DNA of 64,000 bases from Eledone cirrhosa (taxonomy: Eukaryota). The stretch is from positions 29,636,001-29,700,000 of the forward strand of contig OZ024759.1 of assembly GCA_964016885.1 (NCBI GenBank). Direction: 5' to 3'. The notes under the pieces were generated by a model that worked only from the letters and a program-made list of their open reading frames with translations, was not told the DNA's origin and ran no database searches. A program made the translations under genes and the position numbers. Of this stretch, positions 13,268-26,727 are shown piece by piece (position 1 is the first letter of the stretch; the number at the start of each line of letters is the position of its first letter).

Positions 13268-14243
13268 AAATAGTGGACAGCTTCCGTTACCTGGGTGACA
13301 AAATCAGCAGTGGGGGAGGGTGCTCTGAAAGTACAGTAGCTAGAGTCAGAACTGGATGGAAAAAGTTCAGAGAGCTTATACCACTATTAGCCGCTAAAGG
13401 GTTCTCTCTAAAAATGAAAGGCAGGCTGTATTATGCCTGCATACGAACAGCAATGTTGCATGGCAGTGAGACGTGCCCATTGTGTGCAGAGAATATATGC
13501 AGACTAGAGAGGAATGAAGCTTGCATGCTCCGCTGGATGTGTAATAGTAATATACGTGAACGGCAAAGCATTAACGAACTAAGGGAAAAATTAGAAATAA
13601 GAGGGATCAGATGTTGTTTACTCGAGAGAAGGCTACGTTCGAATGGTCACGTGATGCGCATGAAAGACGACAGCTGTATAAAAAAGTGCAGGGCAATAAA
13701 AATAGACGGTAGCCACGGAGTAGGCAGACCCAGAAAAACCTGGGACGACTTGATAAATTCCGACCTCACACACTTACACCTCTCCATGACAATGTCACTG
13801 GACCGAGATCTTTGGCGGTACACAGTAATAGAGAAGACCCGCCTTACCTAAATACAAAGTAAAACCTACTACAGTCAGTAGGCACCTCTAACAAAATACA
13901 CCCCCGTCCCACTACCCCCACCCCATCCACACCACCCCTTTCAATGTAAAGTTATGTTGGTACCACAACATCCAGCCCGAAACAAATGAGGTCGTGTAGG
14001 TGTCACGACAAAAAAACACACAGTCCACGCTGTAATGTGGCCGTGTAGGCAACACGGTAAAAACCTCCCAGCCCCACACTGTAAACGTGGTTGGTGTTAG
14101 GAAGGGCATCCAGCTGTAGAAAACCTGCCAGACAGTCCTATGCGAGCAAGACAACCACTCTTGCCTCAAGTGGGAAAACTCCCGTCCAAACCCATGCAAG
14201 CGTGGAATATGGACGTTAAACGATGATGATGATGATGATGATG
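13268..14243 (+). mobile_element. 5'-truncated RTE-like LINE (post-RT ORF2, 3' UTR, (GAT)n)
   Basis: IVDSFRYLG...GWKKFREL...MLHGSET...RRLR..GHVMRM...GRPRKTW; inserted in (TA)n. Confidence 0.9.
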
Positions 14244-14265
14244 AAGCAAACTTCAATACTCTCTT

Positions 14266-14314
<49 letters not shown>

Positions 14315-14315
14315 G

Positions 14316-14346
<31 letters not shown>

Positions 14347-14423
14347 CTATGTATATATATATATATGTATCTATATATGTATATATATATACATATATAT
14401 ATATATATGTACATATATATATA

Positions 14424-15344
14424 TGGCTTAGTGGTTAGAGCATTGGCCTTGAAATCGAAAGGTTGTGAGTTCAATTCTCAGACCGGGTGATGTGTTGTTT
14501 CCTTGAGCAAGACACTTTATTTCACATTGCTCCAGTTTACTCAGCTGTAGAAATGAGATGATAGGGACTGGGCTCCCTATCATTCCACTGCAAAGTGGTC
14601 GTGGAGGTGCCACGGCAAGAAAGCACCCAGCACTCACTGTAAATGAGGTTGGTGTTAGGAAGGGCATCCAGCTGTAGAAATCAAGCCAGAATCAGTTCCC
14701 GTCCCACCCTTGCAAGCAGGGAAAAAGTGGACGTAAAATGAAATGATGATGATGATGAAATGATATATATGTATATATGTACATATATATATATATGTAT
14801 ATATACAAATATATGTATATATACAAATAAAAGGCAGAGTTAATAACTTATATTGATACCCTGTAATTAACAAGCTCATGAGAGACATGTGCCATATCCA
14901 CCGTAGAATAAGCTGAAAGATTAGATCCGAGCATTACATATCAACTAGAAATAGATTGACATATATATATATATATAAAATAAATACATGAAACAATCAC
15001 AGGGAATAATTTGTATACAATAATATAGTGGTTAGAGCATTGGCCTTGCAATCGAAAGGTTGTGAGTTCAATTCTCAGACCGGGTGATGTGTTGTTTCCT
15101 TGAGCAAGACACTTTATTTCACATTGCTCCAGTTTACTCAGCTGTAGAAATGAGATGATAGGGACTGGGGTCCCTATCATTCGACTGCAAAGTGGTCGTG
15201 GAGGTGCCACGGCAAAAAAGCACCCAGCACTCACTGTAAATGAAGTTGGTGTTAGGAAGGGCATCCAGCTGTAGAAATCAAGCGAACATCAGTTCCCGTC
15301 CCACCCTTGCAAGCAGGGAAAAAGCGGACGTAAAAATGAAATGA

Positions 15345-15346
<2 letters not shown>
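14424..15346 (+). mobile_element. Two tRNA-CORE SINE copies (14424-14757, 15027-15346)
   Basis: Same sequence as 8681-9003. Confidence 0.88.
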
Positions 15347-15388
<42 letters not shown>

Positions 15389-15666
15389 AGTAAGTATGTT
15401 TTGAAACAGTGAGCAGGTTTGAAATTAGAAAATAGAATAGCTTTCACCGTATTTTTAACTAAAGGAATTTTAGCCTGATAATGGGGTTTTGAACCCGCAG
15501 ATAAATGGAAAAAGATGAGTATTGACGTATGTATATATATATATATATATCTCTCATCATCATCACTATTTAACGGCCATTTTGTCAATGCTAGCATGGG
15601 GTAGACGAGTTGTCCAGATATGAGATGAGTTTGATGGGGTGACCATGTCTTGTTTACACACACACA

Positions 15667-15701
<35 letters not shown>

Positions 15702-16398
15702 GCAAAACATAAACAGAAACAACAGAGCCAACAACACAGTATAATGAAGGAATATTTAGTTTAACACTTGATATAGTAGGAAAACAGTTTCAGACATTGG
15801 TCCTTCATTGGGAGAAAGAATGAGAAATAAAAGATGAAAGAGAAAGTTAGAGAGAAAGAAGAAGAAGGAACATGTATATATAAATTTCTGCGATTCTGCC
15901 ACAACAAGTAAAGAGAGAGGAGTAGTTTGACTACCTCTTACTACTACTCTCTCTATACATCTGCTACCTGCGTGAATGTGTATGTGTGTAAAAGGAAGGG
16001 GGTGGTGATAAATCTATAGCAAAATAGTGGATGGCGTTCTATTTGTTATGCTGTGTATGTATATGTTTGTGTGAATGTATGTGTGTGTTTGTGTGAATGT
16101 ATGTGCGTGTTGCTGTGAATGTATGTGTGAATGTATGTGTGTGTTTGTGTAAATATGTTTGTGTGTATATCTGTATGTGTTTGTGTGAATGTATGTGTGT
16201 GTGTTTGGATGAATGTATATGAGTGTGGGAGTGTGTCTGTGTGTGCACATTTAAATTTATATATTCATACATATATACATATACATACACATACATACAC
16301 ATACACGTCAGCATGTTGAAAAATATCCTAGTTTGCAAAAAGAAAAAAATAAATAAAATAAATTGATAAACAAATAAAATATCTACAAAAAAAGATGC

Positions 16399-16429
<31 letters not shown>

Positions 16430-16650
16430 AACCATCTTGAACATTAATTTTAGTTTATTTGTTGAAATACGGCTAGAAATTTTCTGATTTCAGAATAATT
16501 ATTTCTACTTTTGGCACAAGGCCAGCAATTATCCCAGTGCATTACTGGTACTTTATTTTATCGATCCCGTAAGGATGAAAGGCAAAGTTAACCTCGGCGG
16601 GATTTGAACTCAGATTTCAGAATAATGTTGATTAAAACGAACCCAGTATA

Positions 16651-16848
16651 TAACGATGGGTTGAGAAGTTCATTGGTTGACTATGAAGAGTGATGCTAGA
16701 GCTGTGAAATCTTACATGCATTAATTTTAACTCTTCTTATTAATAACTACATTGTATATTTCTGGGCAGAATGTTGAAAAATAAACCTCATTTGGTCATT
16801 CTATCAGAGTATCTTGGTCAGTCTATGAACTTTTCAGCTGACCTCGTA
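16651..16848. mobile_element. Tc1/mariner-derived MITE (~200 bp)
   Basis: Degenerate TIRs (acgatgggttgagaagttcat ... atgaacttttcagctgacctcgTA); second copy at 60095-60292. Confidence 0.7.
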
Positions 16849-17311
16849 TATACATATATGTATATATATATATATATTGTTATACTTGGGGAGGGTCATA
16901 TTGTTATAATATTGCCAGAAAAAATAACAGAACACACTCACTGTTTGGTTGGTTTTTGCTTCTGTATCTTTTATATCTCCATAGTTAATTTATTTGGCAA
17001 TCAATGTTTATCATTGATTGACCAGTGGTTAAAAATACAGATATAAATATATATACATAGTGTATCAAAGTTCTTTTGTCACACATCTGCGACATCATCA
17101 GTGGTACTATTATGTTTCCTCCCATGGTATTTTAATGTCTACGCCATTTTTATTTAATTAATTAATTTCTTTTTGTCCCTGTCTCTGCACATGCGTTTGC
17201 GTTTGTGCATAATGTTTGGTGTGTGTCCCCGTGTTTCAGTGTATGTGTTTTTGTTTTTGTATTCTATCTTTGTTCACTTGTGTGTGTTTATATGTTTGTT
17301 GTTATTGTACT

Positions 17312-17342
<31 letters not shown>

Positions 17343-17759
17343 GTAATAAATGTAAAATATATCACTATAACATCATAATTTATTTCATTATATATATTTC
17401 AGGGATACTAATTTATAGTATGCTATCTTCAGACAAAATACAATATTTTATGTATGAAAATGTGACAGACCCATAAAATAGAACTTTTGTGGTCAATTTA
17501 AAATGGGTATGTGTATATATATTACAAAGCAACTAACTCTTTTTTCATTGTTTGATTAATATATATATATATATATATATCATCATCACCATCGTCATCA
17601 TCATCGTTTAATGTCTATCTTCCATGCTAGCATGGGTTAGACGGGAATTGTCCCACTTGAGGCAAGATTGGTCGGGTGACTGTGTCTCACTTGTATAGGA
17701 CTATCTGGCAGGTTTTCTACGGCTGGATGCCCTTCCTAACACCAACCACGTTTACTGTT

Positions 17760-17807
17760 CTTGTCTGAAGACCCTGGGATAAACAGGCAAAACTCCAGAG
17801 TAACAAG
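17760..17807 (+). ncRNA. Type-I hammerhead motif with G12>A lesion
   Basis: CTTGT-CTGAAGA-ccctg ggataaa caggc-AAAA-ctc ca gag-TA-ACAAG, followed by AATAAA. Confidence 0.55.
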
Positions 17808-17883
17808 GCTCTCTGGTTAGCCTTAATAAAATGCATATTAAAAACTCTACTTCGGTATTGAGTACTCCTTTCTCTTGGCCATC

Positions 17884-17956
<73 letters not shown>

Positions 17957-17959
<3 letters not shown>

Positions 17960-18240
17960 GAGCACTGGCCTTGCAATCGAAAGATTGTGAGTTCAATCCT
18001 CAGACCGGGTGATGTGTTGTTTCCTTGAGCAAGACACTTTATTTCACATTGCTCCAGTTTACTCAGCTGTAGAAATGAGATGATAGGGACTGGGGTCCAA
18101 ATCATTCCACTGCAAAGTGGTCGTGGAGGTGCCACGGCAAAAAAGCACCCAGCACTCACTGTAAATGAGGTTGGTGTTAGGAAGGGCATCCAGCTGTAGA
18201 AATCAAGCCAGAATCAGTTCCCGTCGGACGTAAAATGAAA
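17957..18240 (+). mobile_element. tRNA-CORE SINE (5'-clipped, tail deletion)
   Basis: Matches 8681-9003. Confidence 0.85.
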
Positions 18241-18382
18241 AAAATATATATAGCTTTAAATAAACACTGTCTGAATACATGGCATCACTGTCCACACAAA
18301 ATGAAGTATATTCAGATTAAATGGTTTAGACCTGACTAATTAGTCCTGTAATATATTTTCTTTGAGTTACTGACTATTTTGT

Positions 18383-18917
18383 ATGGCCCTTTACGTTCTG
18401 AGTTCCAATTCTGCCGATGTTAACTTTGCCTTTCGTCCTTACAGGGTTGATAGAATAAAGTACCAGTAATGCACTGTGGTAATTGCTGGCCTTGTGCCAA
18501 AAGTAGAAACATTATTATTATTATTATTATTATTAGTAGTAGTAGAAGTAGGACAGTGGATTGGCAGTATTGGTAGAGCATCAAACATCTTGCTTTGTAG
18601 CACAGAGTTATGGCCCATTATATTCTGAGTTCAAATTCTGCCAAGGTTAGCTTTGCCTTTCGTCCTTACGGGGGTCGATAAAATAAAGTACCAGTCATTC
18701 ACTGGGGTCGATTTTATCGACTTTCCCCTCCCCAAGAATTGCTGGCCTTGTGCCTATATAAGAAACCATTATCTTTATTGCGTATTATTACTGCTTTACC
18801 GAGCACAGCTCTGTGTGCCTTGGGTATATGCAGTGTAGTTTTTGCTGATGTCGTTTCTATTGTATTGATAGTACTTTTCATATGTGTGCCGTGCCTAATA
18901 GTGGTATCGTTTGTATG

Positions 18918-18974
<57 letters not shown>

Positions 18975-18975
18975 C

Positions 18976-19019
<44 letters not shown>

Positions 19020-19024
19020 CATAC

Positions 19025-19118
<94 letters not shown>

Positions 19119-19148
19119 CATTATATATATATATATATATACATACAT

Positions 19149-19206
<58 letters not shown>

Positions 19207-19356
19207 CATTATATATATATATATATATACATACATTATAACTGGGTTCAAATCCCTCCAAGGTTAACTTTGCCTTTCATCCTTACGGGGTCGATAAAAT
19301 AAAGTACCAGTAATGTACTGGGTAATTGCTGGCCTTGTGTCAAAAGTAGAAACAAT
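18383..19356 (+). mobile_element. Meta-SINE copies (18383-18512, 18560-18770, 19246-19356)
   Basis: GAGTTCAAAT...GTCGATAAAATAAAGTACCAG...GCCTTGTGCC. Confidence 0.78.
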
Positions 19357-19428
<72 letters not shown>

Positions 19429-19456
19429 CATTATATATATATATATATATACATAC

Positions 19457-19490
<34 letters not shown>

Positions 19491-19654
19491 TGATATGACG
19501 ACACTCAAAATTACTTGCTTGCTTTTTAAGTTTGTTTTTTTCTTGTGTTTTTATTTTATTTTATTTATTTATTTATTTATTTATTTATATATATCATCAT
19601 CATCATCTTCGTTTAGCGTGGAAAATGGACGTTAAACGAAGCTGATGATGATGA

Positions 19655-19714
<60 letters not shown>

Positions 19715-20043
19715 TCAGTGAGAATCGCATTTTGGCTGGTAGATATATATATCTGTGGTACTCTATATATGGGGTACTCTATAAAATATGTATACAGTGC
19801 CTTGTAGTGCTGTCTTTAGTATGCTGTATATATTTGCAAGTCCTGTGGTACTCTATATAACATATATACAGTACCTAGTAGTGCTATCTTCTGTATGCTG
19901 TATATATTTGTAAGTCCCGTAGTTTTGATTAAGAGTTTGTCTGTGTGTTTTTTTTATTTATCATTCCCAGAGCACCTATTATTTTAGGTATTATTTCAGT
20001 TTTCATTTTCCACATTCGAGTTATTTCTATCTCTAGATCTTTA

Positions 20044-20083
<40 letters not shown>

Positions 20084-20324
20084 TAATATCTTAGTGGTTC
20101 ATAACATTTTTCGATAACGAGTGAAGCCAAAGATGTGACATATTTGATCTGTCTGATATGATGACACTCAAAATTACTTGCTTGCTTTTTAAGTTTGTTT
20201 TTTTCTTGTGTTTTTATTTTATTTTATTTATTTATTTATTTATTTATTTTTATAATAGAAGCTATCAGCTGTTTGGGTAGATATGGTCTAGTATTGTTAC
20301 CTAAAATATGTCTAACATTTGCAT

Positions 20325-20830
20325 CATGTGTTTGGTGGGGAGGAAAGGCGGGGCGGGTGGTTCATATTACCGTGATGTGATTGGTGGAGAGAAATGGAAC
20401 AAGGTGGTTGATGTTCCTACCATGTGATTGGTGGAGGGGGAAGGGATGGTGTGGTTGTATTCCCTATCATGTGATTGGTTGAGGGGAAAAGGGGAGGTTT
20501 ATGTTCACATCATTTCATTGGTGGAAGGGAATGGGATGGGATGGGGTGGTTGATCTTCCTGTCATGTGATTGGTGGAGGGGAATGGGATGGGGTGATTGA
20601 TGTCTCCATCATATCATTGGTGGAGGGGAGGGCAACAGGGTGGTTTATGTTCACAACATGTGATTGGTGGGGCAGAGGGGGGGTTAGGGTTGTCCATGTT
20701 TACATCATATCATTGGTGAGAGGGTGGTTCATGTTATTAGTGGATGGAGGGGGTGACAGGGTAGTTCATGTTTGCATCATGTTATTGGTAGAGGTGGGGA
20801 ATGTTCAGGTATTACATGGGGCAGGGGTGA
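20325..20830. repeat. Degenerate ~45-bp G-rich minisatellite
   Basis: Recurrent atgtgattggtggagggg...gtggttgatgtt. Confidence 0.6.
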
Positions 20831-21164
20831 GAAAGGTGAGGACAATTATCATATTATCTCTCTCAAGATTTCACACCTATCTAGGAAATCATACACACAT
20901 ACACCTATATACTCACAGAGGTCAACGTTGCCTTTCACACTTTTGAGGTCAATAAAAAAAGTACCAGTTAAATACTGGGGTCAATTCTGCCTCTATTCCT
21001 CTCTCTCACTCTGGAAGAAATCAGCTGTGTTCAGACCTGGAGAGGAGATGGCTTCCACCAGGTTTGTATCTCGCTTATATATGGTCTCATGTTCTACCGA
21101 GTGCCCAAGAAAGGCAGCCATATTTTTGACACAACTGAAACGGTCTTCCCAACCCTATGTTAAG

Positions 21165-21945
21165 CAAGCTTTCTATGACTGGATGCCCTTCCTGTCACTA
21201 ACCACTTTATAGAATGTACTGAGTGCATTTATCCTGTAGATCACCAACTCTAAGGAGGTTGTCATGTCCTTGACAAAACTGAAGAATCCTCTTAACTTTT
21301 TCTTTGCTAAACTGTCTATAGCTACATGTTCTTCTTATCATCAACCACTTTAATGTGTGTACTGGGTGTGTTTATGCTGTAGATCAGGCATGTCAAACAT
21401 GAGACCCTTTACAACCACACCTGTGGCCCACACAAAGGTTTTTACAGCGCGTGCATGTTTTATCTTTGTAATATAAAATAAAAACAAATTAATTGTAATG
21501 TGTGCAATTAGATGTTGTGAGTGGCCCTTAGACAACGCATATGTGACCCAAGTGACCCTCGGGGGACCATTAGCTTGACATGTCTACTGTAGATCATCAA
21601 CTCTAGGGAGGCTGCCATATCTTTGACACAAATGAAGGGTCCTCCCAGTCCTTTGTTTGGAAAGCTTTCTATAACTGGATGCCCTTTCTGTCACTAACCA
21701 CTTTATAGAGTGTATTAGGGTGTTTATCATGCAGATCTCCAACATTAGGGAGACTGACATATCTTCGACACAACTGAAGGATCCTCTCAACTGTTTGTAG
21801 GTATCGTTTCAACAGCAGGATGCCCTTCCTGTCACCAACCACTTTACAGAGTGTACTGGGTGCATTTATTATGTAGATCACCAACACTAGGGAGGCTGTC
21901 ATGTCTTTGACACAAATAAAGGGTCCTCTCAACTGCTTTTAAGCA
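21165..21945. repeat. Degenerate ~140-bp tandem repeat derived from SINE/LINE tail
   Basis: Recurrent ggatgcccttcctgtcactaaccacttta...gtagatcaccaac..agggaggctg. Confidence 0.65.
21385..21586. mobile_element. hAT-type MITE with 8-bp TSD
   Basis: ctgtagat|CAGGCATGTCAAAC ... GCTTGACATGTCTA|ctgtagat. Confidence 0.8.
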
Positions 21946-22908
21946 TGGTATCTACACTAAGTTACCCATCTTTCTGCCACCAACATTTGTGTGGCACTAA
22001 CAATCATTCTTACAAAATATTTGACTAACAATTTAAAAAAAAAAAATATAACTTCTATAAAAGTTTCGAAAGAGTTTGTTAAAAATAAAGTGAGATTAAT
22101 GATCTTAATAACAATAAAAAAAAAAAAGCCCAAGAAAACCAAAAGAACCCCCTGTTTGCATCTTATTTTCAGTCTCTTCTTTAAAACCTGTCAATATTTA
22201 ACTAACGGTAAACTCACAATATCTCAATAAAGAATCAAGTAATTTACAAAATTTCATTTTGTTTTTACAGTGTCAGTGTCAAACAACCCTAAAAATATAA
22301 CGATAATTCATTTAAGAAGTGGCTATAATTATTTTCTTCTTCCTTTCTTTCCTTCTCTTTTTCTCTTTTCATCTTTCTTTCCTTCTCTTTTCAACTTTCT
22401 TTCTTTCTCTTTTCAACTTTCTTTCTTTCTCGTTTCAACTTTCTTTCTTTCTTTCCTTCTTTTTTCAACTTTCTCTCTCTCTCTCTCTCTTTTTCTTTCT
22501 TTCATCCCACATTTCTCCCCTCTCTCTCTTTCGCTCTCCCTCCCCCTCTCTTTTTCTCTCTTTCATCCCATATTTCTCCCCCCACCTCTCTCTCTCTCGC
22601 TCTCTTTCCTTCGCTTTTTTTTTTGTCTTTCATTCTCTGCTTCTTTTTTTGCCATAATTCTTTCTTTCCTCCCTTCTTTATCTTTTGGAGGAGGGAGAGA
22701 ATGAGAGCGGGAGGGAGAAGAAGAGAACGAGTGAGGAAGAAAGAATGAGAGAGAGGGAGAGGGAGGAAGAAAGGGAGCAAGAGAGTGAGGAAGAGAAAGT
22801 GAGAAAGAGAGAGGGAGAGAGAGAGGGAGGCAGAGAGAGAAGAGAAGAAGTGAGGAAGGGAGGAAGACAGGAGAGAGAGAGAGGGTGAGAGAGAGGGAGG
22901 GTGAGAGA

Positions 22909-22954
<46 letters not shown>

Positions 22955-23199
22955 GAGAGAGGGAGAGAGAGAGAGAGAGAGAGGGAGAGAGAGGGAGAGA
23001 TCAGTGAGTTTACCATATAAGGTGGGTGCTGTTAGGAAGAGTACCCTGCCATAGAAACCCAGGCTATAAATGGAATGTATGATGCCAGACATGGCCAAGG
23101 TCAAAGTCACCTGATGAAATACCTGCCTTTATTGTCTTTATTCTAATAATGCAAAATTACACACCTGTCTCTCTACTATAACTACATTATTACAGGTAG

Positions 23200-23906
23200 A
23201 TTGGCAGACACCATGCTTTGTAGCATAGAGTTATGGCCCTTAACGTTCTGAGTTCAAATCTTGCTGAAGTAAACTTTCATCCTTACGGGGCCGATAAGAT
23301 AAAGTACCAGTAATACACTGGGATAATTGCTGGCCTTGTGCCAAAAGTAGAAACAATTATTACAGGTATCAGTAGAGCGTCAGACACCATACTTTGCAGT
23401 ATAGAGTTATGGCCCTTTATGTTCCGAGTTCAAATCCCACCGAGGTTAAGTTTGCCTTTCATTCTTACGAGGTCGATAAAATAAAGTACCAGTAATGCAC
23501 CAGGGTCGATTTAATCGATTTTTTCCCCTCCACAAAAAATTGCTGGCCTTGTGCCTAAAGTAGAAATCATTATTAGGGTTTTGGATTGGTGTAGCGTCGG
23601 ACACGATGCTTTGTTTCATAGAGTTACGGCCCTTTACATTCTGAGTTCAAATCCCACCAAGATTAGCTTTGTCTTTCAACCTTACAGGGATGATAAAATA
23701 AAATACCAGTAATACACTGGTGTTCAATTTAATCTCCTTTCCCTTCCCCCAGAATTGCTGGCCTTGTGCCTAAATCAGAAACCCTTATTACAACATGCTT
23801 TACGGCATAGTGACAGTCTTATATGTTCTCTGTTGAAATACCACCAAGGTTAGCTTTGCATTTCATTTTTACAGGGTTGAAAAAATAAGGTACCAGTAAT
23901 ACACTG
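23200..23906 (+). mobile_element. Head-to-tail cluster of about 4 Meta-SINEs
   Basis: Four successive A box/B box/Meta-domain blocks. Confidence 0.75.
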
Positions 23907-23915
23907 TCCACACGG

Positions 23916-24560
23916 CCATGAAACAGGTTGTACTGGATTACATGGTACCAGTAGTAGACAGAAGCCTGACCAGATCAGACCAGAGTTTGGTGGGGGAGCT
24001 GGTTTACCTGCTGACCACTCGACCATGAAACAGGTTGTATTGGGTTACATGGCACCAAGAGCAGACGGAAGCCTGACCAGACCTGACCTGACCAGACCTG
24101 ACCTGACCAGACCTGACCAGAGTTTGGTCGGGGAGCTGGTTTAGTTGCTGACCACTCGACCATGAAACAGGTTGTATTGGGTTACATGGTACCAAGAGCA
24201 GACGGAAGCCTGACCAGACCTGACCTGACCAGAGTTTGGTGGGGGAGCTGGTTTACCTGCTGACCACTCGACCATGAAACAGGTTGTATTGGGTTACATG
24301 GTACCAGTAGCAGACGGAAGCCTGACCAGACCTGACCTGACCTGACCAGACCAGAGTTTGGTGGGGGAGCTGGTTTACCTGCTGACCACTCGACCATGAA
24401 ACAGGTTGTATTGGGTTACATGGCACCAAGAGAAGACAGAAGCCTGACCAGACCTGACCTGACCAGACCAGAGTTTGGTGGGGGAGCTGGTTTAGTTGCT
24501 GACCACTCGACCATCAAACAGGTTGTATTGGGTTACATGGCACCAAGAGCAGACGGAAGC
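23916..24560. repeat. Compound tandem repeat, ~107-137-bp units with variable (CCTGA/CCAGA)n, about 5.5 copies
   Basis: Units start at ~23916, 24023, 24160, 24272, 24394, 24511. Confidence 0.9.
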
Positions 24561-24855
24561 TATAATAACTCAACATTTAAATAAAAAACAAAACCTACAA
24601 GCAGCTAAAATGAGGTTTTTCAAAGAGTTTTTGTAGTAACATTACTCGACAGAGTGTATAGCGCAGAGATCAGGGTATCACTCTAGGTAGAACCACATTA
24701 GCAAGACATATTTGAAAAAAAGAAAACAGCATCACATTAAATATTAAAGCCTTTATCCTAATGCAGCTAATTTTTCGCAATGCTAATTAATGTTTACCAT
24801 AAAAGGACGGCATAAAAGCTAGAAAGTCATTTGTTTCATATTTTAACAATTCTTG

Positions 24856-26327
24856 TCGACCAACTCACCAGTTCTATATATCATAATCATTGTTTAATGT
24901 CCATTTTTTCCATGCTAGCATGGGTTTGGTGAGTTGCCCTGTTGTGATCGACCAACTCACCAGTTCTATATATCATAATCATTGTTTAATGTCCATTTTT
25001 TCCATGCTAGCATGGGTTTGGTGAGTTGCCCTGTTGTGATCGACCAACTCACCAGTTCTATATATCATAATCATTGTTTAATGTCCATTTTTTCCATGCT
25101 AGCATGGGTTTGGTGAGTTTCCCTGTTGTGATCGACCAACTCACCAGTTCTATATATCATAATCATTGTTTAATGTCCATTTTTTCCATGCTAGCATGGG
25201 TTTGGTGAGTTTCCCTGTTGTGATCGACCAACTCACCAGTTCTATATATCATAATCATTGTTTAATGTCCATTTTTTCCATGCTAGCATGGGTTTGGTGA
25301 GTTTCCCTGTTGTGATCGACCAACTCACCAGTTCTATATATCATAATCATTGTTTAATGTCCATTTTTTCCATGCTAGCATGGGTTTGGTGAGTTTCCCT
25401 GTTGTGATCGACCAACTCACCAGTTCTATATATCATAATCATTGTTTAATGTCCATTTTTTCCATGCTAGCATGGGTTTGGTGAGTTTCCCTGTTGTGAT
25501 CGACCAACTCACCAGTTCTATATATCATAATCATTGTTTAATGTCCATTTTTTCCATGCTAGCATGGGTTTGGTGAGTTGCCCTGTTGTGATCGACCAAC
25601 TCACCAGTTCTATATATCATAATCATTGTTTAATGTCCATTTTTTCCATGCTAGCATGGGTTTGGTGAGTTTCCCTGTTGTGATCGACCAACTCACCAGT
25701 TCTATATATCATAATCATTGTTTAATGTCCATTTTTTCCATGCTAGCATGGGTTTGGTGAGTTGCCCTGTTGTGATCGACCAACTCACCAGTTCTATATA
25801 TCATAATCATTGTTTAATGTCCATTTTTTCCATGCTAGCATGGGTTTGGTGAGTTGCCCTGTTGTGATCGACCAACTCACCAGTTCTATATATCATAATC
25901 ATTGTTTAATGTCCATTTTTTCCATGCTAGCATGGGTTTGGTGAGTTTCCCTGTTGTGATCGACCAACTCACCAGTTCTATATATCATAATCATTGTTTA
26001 ATGTCCATTTTTTCCATGCTAGCATGGGTTTGGTGAGTTTCCCTGTTGTGATCGACCAACTCACCAGTTCTATATATCATAATCATTGTTTAATGTCCAT
26101 TTTTTCCATGCTAGCATGGGTTTGGTGAGTTGCCCTGTTGTGATCGACCAACTCACCAGTTCTATATATCATAATCATTGTTTAATGTCCATTTTTTCCA
26201 TGCTAGCATGGGTTTGGTGAGTTTCCCTGTTGTGATCGACCAACTCACCAGTTCTATATATCATAATCATTGTTTAATGTCCATTTTTTCCATGCTAGCA
26301 TGGGTTTGGTGAGTTGCCCTGTTGTGA
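24856..26327. repeat. 92-bp tandem array, 16 copies
   Basis: tcgaccaactcaccagttctatatatcataatcattgtttaatgtccattttttccatgctagcatgggtttggtgagtt(g/t)ccctgttgtga; includes the reverse complement of an RTE-type tail. Confidence 0.97.
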
Positions 26328-26505
26328 GATATCCAGCCATAGAAACCAAGTCAGAACTGATTCTAGCTTGGTTTCTATGACTAGATACCGTTCCTAATGC
26401 CAACCACATTTTCAGTGCATGTATATATGTATGTATATATCATCATCATCACAATTTCATGTCAATTGTCTAAACCCATGCTAGCGTGGAAGATAGACGT
26501 TAAAC

Positions 26506-26536
<31 letters not shown>

Positions 26537-26626
26537 TTTCACGGTAGCATGGGTTAGATGAGTTTTCTTGTGAATGATCCCCAATATTCACACATACATA
26601 TATGTGTATATATATATATATATATG

Positions 26627-26669
<43 letters not shown>

Positions 26670-26727
26670 CATCATCACTGTTTTACGGCCATTCTTCCAC
26701 GCTAGTATGGGTTAGATGAGTTTTCTT

